From Nocardioides sp. (GTDB lineage Bacteria > Actinomycetota > Actinomycetes > Propionibacteriales > Nocardioidaceae), in the NCBI RefSeq assembly GCF_035547795.1, contig NZ_DASZUF010000181.1:2200-66199 (forward strand): a stretch of 64,000 nt of DNA. The letters run 5' to 3'. Positions 58,466 to 64,000 of this stretch are shown here, in pieces (within the stretch, counting starts at the first letter, position 1; every line of letters begins with the position of its first letter). A program made the position numbers and the translations under genes. The notes under the pieces were generated by a model. It saw only the letters and a program-made list of their open reading frames with translations. It was not told the origin of the DNA and ran no database searches.

Positions 58466-59227
58466 TCAGCAGGTAACCGCGACCACCGCGAAGATGCGCC
58501 GGAACGGCAGGATCACGCGGCCCGCCCGGATGGGATAGGCCACCCGGAGTCGCTGCCGCAGCTCGGCCGCGAAGCGCTGCCACAGTTCGTCGGGCAGCGC
58601 CGCGCGGGTCGGCCGCAGGCTGGTGCCCGAGATCCAGTCGAAGACCGCGTCCTCGCCGGTCAGGACATGCAGGTACGTGGTCTCCCACACGTCGACCTCG
58701 CCGGCCGCGCTGAGCGCCTCCCAGTACGCCGTCGGCTCGTGGCTGCCGGGCCGGGCAGTGCCGGCCAGGTACTCGGCGTACGGCGGCTCGGCGGCCAGCT
58801 CCTCGCGCAGGGTGTGGCTGGGCTCGCCGAAGTTACCCGGCACCTGCATTGCGAACCAGCCGCCTGGCCGCACCGCCGCCACCAGCCGCGGCAACAGCGC
58901 CAGGTGATCGGGCACCCACTGCAGTGCGGCGTTGCTGACCACCACGTCGACCGGCTCCTCCGGCCGCCACTCGCGCACGTCTGCCAGCGTCGTCTCGATG
59001 CCGGCCGCACGCGCCCGCTCGGCCATCGCCGGACTGCTGTCCACGCCGCGCACCCGTGCCTTGGGCCAGCGCCGCTGCAGCAGCGCGGTCAGGTTGCCCG
59101 GCCCGCAGCCCAGGTCGACCACCTCGCGCGGGTGCTCCGCACCGACCCGGGCGAGCAGCTCCACGAAGGGCCGGCCGCGCTCGTCGGCGTAGCTGAGGTA
59201 GCGATCGGGGTCCCACTGGTCCGGCAT
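58466..59227 (-). CDS. tam: Trans-aconitate 2-methyltransferase
   Basis: WDPDRY..ERGRPF, VDLGCGPGN, SNAALQWVPDH, PFRRIF. Confidence 0.93.
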   Translation of the reverse strand: MPDQWDPDRYLSYADERGRPFVELLARVGAEHPREVVDLGCGPGNLTALLQRRWPKARVRGVDSSPAMAERARAAGIETTLADVREWRPEEPVDVVVSNAALQWVPDHLALLPRLVAAVRPGGWFAMQVPGNFGEPSHTLREELAAEPPYAEYLAGTARPGSHEPTAYWEALSAAGEVDVWETTYLHVLTGEDAVFDWISGTSLRPTRAALPDELWQRFAAELRQRLRVAYPIRAGRVILPFRRIFAVVAVTC

Positions 59228-59244
59228 GGCGTTCTCCTCGACTC

Positions 59245-59258
59245 TCTCGACGTCAAGA
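59245..59258. promoter_or_regulatory. Probable TamR operator
   Basis: Palindrome TCTCGACGTCAAGA between divergent tam and tamR. Confidence 0.7.
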
Positions 59259-59280
59259 ATCTTCGGCTAGCATCGCACTC

Positions 59281-59766
59281 ATGAGGGACGAGGTCGACGA
59301 CCTTTCCGAGGACTGGGCCCGGGAGCGGCCCGATCTCGACCTGTCCCCCGTCGCCGTCTTCTCCCGGCTCGGCCGGCTCTCCCGTCACCTCGACCTGGCC
59401 CGCCGGGACGCGTTCACCGCGCACGGGATCGAGTCGTGGGAGTTCGACGTGCTGGCTGCGCTGCGGCGGGCCGGCGCACCGTACGAGCTCTCGCCGGGCC
59501 GGCTGCTGCGCGAGACGCTGGTGACCAGCGGAACGATGACCAACCGGGTCGACCGGCTGGCCGCGCGCGGCTTCGTGGAGCGCTACCCCGACCCCGAGGA
59601 CCGGCGCGGCGTACTGGTGCGGCTGACGCCGGAGGGCAAGGAGGCCGTGGACGGCGCGTTCGAGGCGCTGCTCGACGCCGAGGCCGGCTTCCTCGCCGAT
59701 CTCTCCGAGGACGAGCAGCACCAGCTCGCCGGCCTCCTCCGCAGCCTGCTCGTCCGCTTCTCCTGA
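59281..59766 (+). CDS. tamR: MarR-family regulator TamR
   Basis: MRDEVD..W.RERPDLD, WEFDVLAALRR, VTSGTMTNRVDRL; divergent from tam. Confidence 0.88.
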   Translation: MRDEVDDLSEDWARERPDLDLSPVAVFSRLGRLSRHLDLARRDAFTAHGIESWEFDVLAALRRAGAPYELSPGRLLRETLVTSGTMTNRVDRLAARGFVERYPDPEDRRGVLVRLTPEGKEAVDGAFEALLDAEAGFLADLSEDEQHQLAGLLRSLLVRFS

Positions 59767-59771
59767 CCCCC

Positions 59772-59829
59772 GTCGAGAGGTCACTTTCGGCCCGTCGAGA
59801 GGTCACTTTCGGCGGCTCGAATGGTCACT
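59772..59829 (+). repeat. Family A 22-bp array (left-arm orientation)
   Basis: GTCGAGAGGTCACTTTCGGC x2 plus a degenerate third unit overlapping the ABC-F stop codon. Confidence 0.88.
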
Positions 59830-61666
59830 CGAGCAGCTCGGCGGCCTCCAGCCACTCCAGCTCGAGGTTGGCCTTCTCACCGGCGAGTACGTCGAGCTCC
59901 GCGCCCAGCTCCGCCAGCCGGGCATAGTCGCTGGCGCTCTCCAGGATGGCGGCGTTGAGCTCCGCCTCGCGCTCGGCGATCCGCTCCAGTCGCTTGTCGA
60001 TCCGGGCCACGGTCTTCTTGGCCTCACGCTCCTCGGCGGACCCCGGCTTGGCCTTCGCCGAAACTGACTCCTCGACCGGCGGAACCTGACCTCTCGACCC
60101 GCCGGAAGTGACCTCTCGACCCGCCGGAAGTGACCTCTCGACGGGAAGGCGGCGTTCGAGGTACTCGTCCACGCCGCGCGGCAGCATCGAGATCTGCCCG
60201 TCGCCGAGCAGCGCCCAGACGGAGTCGGTGACCCGCTCGAGGAAGTAGCGGTCGTGCGAGACCACGATCAGGGTGCCGGGCCAGCCGTCGAGGAAGTCCT
60301 CCAGCACCGTCAGCGTCTCGATGTCGAGGTCGTTGGTCGGCTCGTCGAGGAGCAGCACGTTCGGCTCGGTGAGCAGCAGGCGAAGCAGCTGGAAGCGACG
60401 CCGCTCGCCGCCGGACAGGTCGCCGATCCGGGTGACCAGCTTGTCACCGGTGAAGCCGAACCGCTCCAGCATCGCCGTCGCGGACAGCTCCTGTCCCTCG
60501 AGCGTCTTGGTGACCCGCCGGATCGACTCGACGGTCGGCAGCACCCGCGCCTCGGGGTCGAGGTCGTCGAGCTGTTGGGTCAGGTGCTGCAGCGCGACGG
60601 TGCGGCCGTGCCTGACCCTGCCCGCGGCCGGCGGCAGGGAGCCGTCGAGCAGCGACAGCACCGAGGTCTTGCCGGCGCCGTTGACCCCGACGATGCCGAT
60701 CCGGTCGCCCGGGCCGATCCGCCAGGTCGCGTGGTCCAGAAGCTGGCGGGAGCCGCGGAAGAGGTCGACGTCCTCCACGTCGATGACGTCCTTGCCCAGT
60801 CGCTGGGTGGCGAAGCGCTGCAGCTCGAGGCGGTCGCGCGGCGGCGGCACGTCCTCGATCAGCTGGTTGGCCGCCTCGATGCGGAACTTCGGCTTCGAGG
60901 TCCGCGCCGGGGCGCCGCGGCGCAGCCAGGCGAGCTCCTTGCGGACCAGGTTCTGGCGGCGGACCTCCGAGGCGGCGGCCTGGCGCTGCCGCTCGGCCTT
61001 GGCCAGCACGAACGCCGCATACCCACCCTCGTAGGCGTCCACCGCACCGTCATGGACCTCCCAGGTGTACTGGCAGACCGCGTCGAGGAACCAGCGGTCG
61101 TGGGTGACCACCACCAGCGCGGAGGGTCGCGCGGCGAGGTGGGCGGCCAGCCAGGCGACCGCCTCGACGTCGAGATGGTTGGTCGGCTCGTCCAGCACGA
61201 TCAGGTCGTGCTCGCCCAGCAGCAGCCGGGCCAACGCGCACCGCCGGCGCTCCCCACCGGAGAGTCCGTCGACGACCCGGTCGAGGCCGATCCCGGCCAG
61301 CAGCACCTCGACGATCTCGCGAGTGCGGGCGTCGGCGGCCCACTCGTGGTCGGCGTCGGTCGCTCCGCTCCCCGCCTGCGTCGCATCGTCACGACCGCCC
61401 AGGACCGCCTCGCGCACCGTATGGGTGTCGACCAGCTGGTCGCCCTGGTGCAGGTAGCCGATCTCGACGCCGCGGGTGCGCGAGACCCGGCCGGAGTCGG
61501 GTTCCTCGATCCCGGTCATCACCTCCAGCAGCGTGGTCTTGCCGTCGCCGTTGCGGCCGACGATGCCGATCCGCTGGCCCGCGCCGATGCCGAGCGAGAC
61601 ATCGGTGAGCAGCGGGCGGACGCCGTACGACTTGGAGACGTGTTCGAGATTGAGGAGGTTGGCCAT
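59825..61666 (-). CDS. ABC-F family ATPase (Uup-like)
   Basis: Two NBDs (GRNGDGKTT, GVNGAGKTS, LSGGERRR, LDEPTN), no TM, C-terminal coiled coil. Confidence 0.93.
   Translation of the reverse strand: MANLLNLEHVSKSYGVRPLLTDVSLGIGAGQRIGIVGRNGDGKTTLLEVMTGIEEPDSGRVSRTRGVEIGYLHQGDQLVDTHTVREAVLGGRDDATQAGSGATDADHEWAADARTREIVEVLLAGIGLDRVVDGLSGGERRRCALARLLLGEHDLIVLDEPTNHLDVEAVAWLAAHLAARPSALVVVTHDRWFLDAVCQYTWEVHDGAVDAYEGGYAAFVLAKAERQRQAAASEVRRQNLVRKELAWLRRGAPARTSKPKFRIEAANQLIEDVPPPRDRLELQRFATQRLGKDVIDVEDVDLFRGSRQLLDHATWRIGPGDRIGIVGVNGAGKTSVLSLLDGSLPPAAGRVRHGRTVALQHLTQQLDDLDPEARVLPTVESIRRVTKTLEGQELSATAMLERFGFTGDKLVTRIGDLSGGERRRFQLLRLLLTEPNVLLLDEPTNDLDIETLTVLEDFLDGWPGTLIVVSHDRYFLERVTDSVWALLGDGQISMLPRGVDEYLERRLPVERSLPAGREVTSGGSRGQVPPVEESVSAKAKPGSAEEREAKKTVARIDKRLERIAEREAELNAAILESASDYARLAELGAELDVLAGEKANLELEWLEAAELLE
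60058..60142 (-). repeat. Family A 22-bp array inside the ABC-F CDS
   Basis: Four units at 60058, 60080, 60102 and 60124 (CCGGAAGTGACCTCTCGACCCG consensus), translated in frame. Confidence 0.88.
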
Positions 61667-61713
61667 CGCGACTCCATTGTCCGTGACCCGTGGTCGAGTC
61701 ACGAACCGGCGGC

Positions 61714-62613
61714 TCAGTACCGGATCGGATGGGCGCCGGCGACCGGCGCGGGCGCGGGCCAGCACCGGTCGTGGCCGCGCTCGACCATGCCGCCGGCCAC
61801 CTCGCGGGCGTGGTCGCCGTTGCGGCACAGCAGCAGCACGGTCGGGCCCGAGCCGGAGAGCAGGGTGGCGAGCGCGCCGGCGGCCAGCCCGTCGGCGAAG
61901 GTACGGCGCAGGTCGGGGCGCAGGTCGAGTGCCGGCGCCTGCAGGTCGTTCCCGAGGCTGGCGGCGAGCAGTTCGACGTCGCCGGTGCGCAACGCCGTGA
62001 CCAGAGCCGACGGGATCTCGGGCTCCTCGACCGCGCCGCCGAGCTGGTCGAAGTGCCGGTAGACGGCCGGCGTGGAGAGCCCCGCGGAGCTACCCACGAC
62101 CACCCACCACCAGGCGCCACCATCGGCCAGCGGTGCCACGATCTCGCCGTGGCCGTGCCCGGTGGCCGACCCGCCGAGCAGCGCGAACGGCACGTCCGAG
62201 CCCAGCGAGCCGGCGATGGCGAGCAGGTCCTCGTCGGGCGTGTGCAGCGACCAGAGCCGGTCGAGCGCGACCAGGGTGGCGGCGGCGTCGGCGGAGCCTC
62301 CGGCCAGGCCGCCGGCGACGGGGATGCCCTTGTAGATCTCGATCCGGGCGGTACGCCGCAGCCCATGGTGGGCGGCCAGCGCCAGGCCGGCCCGAATGGC
62401 GATGTTGGACGAGTCGTGCGGTACCTCGGGCAGCGCGACGTGGTCGGCGCCCCGGACGCTCACCGTCCACTCGGGGGCGTCGGCCACGGTGACGTCGTCG
62501 TACAGGCCGACGGCCTGGTAGACGGTGGCGAGCGGGTGGAAGCCGTCGGGCCGAACGGCGCCGACCCCGAGGTGCAGGTTGATCTTCGCGGGGGCGCGGA
62601 CGGTCAGAGTCAC
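61714..62613 (-). CDS. ispE: 4-diphosphocytidyl-2-C-methyl-D-erythritol kinase
   Basis: [35 protein letters not shown]. Confidence 0.96.
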   Translation of the reverse strand: MTLTVRAPAKINLHLGVGAVRPDGFHPLATVYQAVGLYDDVTVADAPEWTVSVRGADHVALPEVPHDSSNIAIRAGLALAAHHGLRRTARIEIYKGIPVAGGLAGGSADAAATLVALDRLWSLHTPDEDLLAIAGSLGSDVPFALLGGSATGHGHGEIVAPLADGGAWWWVVVGSSAGLSTPAVYRHFDQLGGAVEEPEIPSALVTALRTGDVELLAASLGNDLQAPALDLRPDLRRTFADGLAAGALATLLSGSGPTVLLLCRNGDHAREVAGGMVERGHDRCWPAPAPVAGAHPIRY

Positions 62614-63455
62614 AGGTTCTCCGTGATCGCGATGAAGTCGTCGATGGTCAGCGCTTCGCCGCGCGCCAGCGGGTCGATGCCGGCCGCGACCAGGGCCGCC
62701 TCGGCCGCCTCCGCCGAGCCCGCGACCGAGCGCAGCGCCCCGCGCAGGGCCTTGCGGCGTTGGGCGAACGCGGCATCGACGACGGCGAAGACGCGTTCCC
62801 GGCTGACCGCGGTGGCCGGCGGCTCGCGGCGGGTCCAGGCGACCAGGCCGCTGTCGACGTTGGGCGCGGGCCAGAAGACGTTGCGGCCGATCGCGCCGGT
62901 CCGCCTGACGTCGGCGAACCAGGCCGCCTTCACGCTCGGGATGCCGTAGACCTTGGAGCCGGGGCGCGCGGCCAGCCGGTCGGCGACCTCGGACTGCACC
63001 ATCACCAGACCCTTCTCCAGCGAGGGCAGCAGCGCCAGCAGGTGCAGCAGGACGGGTACCGAGACGTTGTAGGGCAGGTTGGCCACCAGCGCGGTCGGCG
63101 CCGGCCCGGGCAGCTCGGTCACCCGTAGGGCGTCCTGGTGCACCAGCGCGAACCGATCCGCGCACTCCGGCGCGAACTCGGCGATCGTCGCCGGCAGCCG
63201 CCCGGCCAGCACCTCGTCGATCTCGACGGCCGTCACCCGGGCGCCGGTCTCGAGCAGGGCCAGTGTCAGCGAGCCGAGCCCGGGTCCGACCTCGACGACC
63301 ACGTCCTCGGCGCCCACGCCCGACTCGCGGACGATGCGGCGCACCGTGTTGGGGTCGATGACGAAGTTCTGGCCGCGCTGCTTGGTCGGCCGCACGTCGA
63401 TCTCCGCCGCCAGCGCCCTGACCTCGGCGGGACCGAGGAGGCGGACTGCTGGCAT
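62610..63455 (-). CDS. rsmA: 16S rRNA dimethyltransferase RsmA/KsgA
   Basis: [31 protein letters not shown]. Confidence 0.97.
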   Translation of the reverse strand: MPAVRLLGPAEVRALAAEIDVRPTKQRGQNFVIDPNTVRRIVRESGVGAEDVVVEVGPGLGSLTLALLETGARVTAVEIDEVLAGRLPATIAEFAPECADRFALVHQDALRVTELPGPAPTALVANLPYNVSVPVLLHLLALLPSLEKGLVMVQSEVADRLAARPGSKVYGIPSVKAAWFADVRRTGAIGRNVFWPAPNVDSGLVAWTRREPPATAVSRERVFAVVDAAFAQRRKALRGALRSVAGSAEAAEAALVAAGIDPLARGEALTIDDFIAITENL

Positions 63456-63478
63456 GGGCGACAGGCTAGCGGCCGCGG

Positions 63479-63552
63479 CATGTAACACGCTGTTCGCCCA
63501 ACTGGACGGTCGACGCGTCGACCGTCCAGTGACGTCAACAGCGTGTTACATG
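63479..63552. repeat. 74-bp near-perfect palindrome (family C)
   Basis: CATGTAACACGCTGTT-N6-ACTGGACGGTCGAC-GC-GTCGACCGTCCAGT-N6-AACAGCGTGTTACATG. Confidence 0.88.
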
Positions 63553-63568
63553 TCTGCCGGCGCCAGCC

Positions 63569-64000
<432 letters not shown>

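Noticed and set aside
45748-60142. Family A/B repeats as a CRISPR array
   Set aside because: Units are contiguous or inverted with no unique spacers, and no cas genes are present

Overview
High-GC actinobacterial chromosome segment; gene content and order suggest Nocardioidaceae (inference). Most of it is housekeeping: pth-rplY-prs-glmU-tRNA-Gln, ligC/Prim-PolC, msrB, hemE-hemY-hemQ, rnd, hrpA, hflX, dapF, miaA, miaB, tam/tamR, an ABC-F, ispE, rsmA and rpfB. One accessory island (about 14.5-23.4 kb) sits at the 5' end of ligC. Best leads: (1) two extra copies of the first ~105 bp of ligC, each with its own -10 box and each cut at the same point in the KxDGxR motif by a shared dyad-symmetric tail, which looks like tandem site-specific integration into ligC; the cargo is a decayed RepSA element, a large secreted protein and toxin-antitoxin modules; (2) an unannotated ~90-nt structured RNA candidate with its own promoter behind a hrpA-coupled unknown gene; (3) an atypical tRNA-Gln(UUG); (4) three kinds of palindromic repeat, one embedded in-frame in the ABC-F gene; (5) a cytidylyltransferase / LicD-methyltransferase / coiled-coil operon. 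No CRISPR array or rRNA was seen. All calls were made by eye from motifs; no database search was run.
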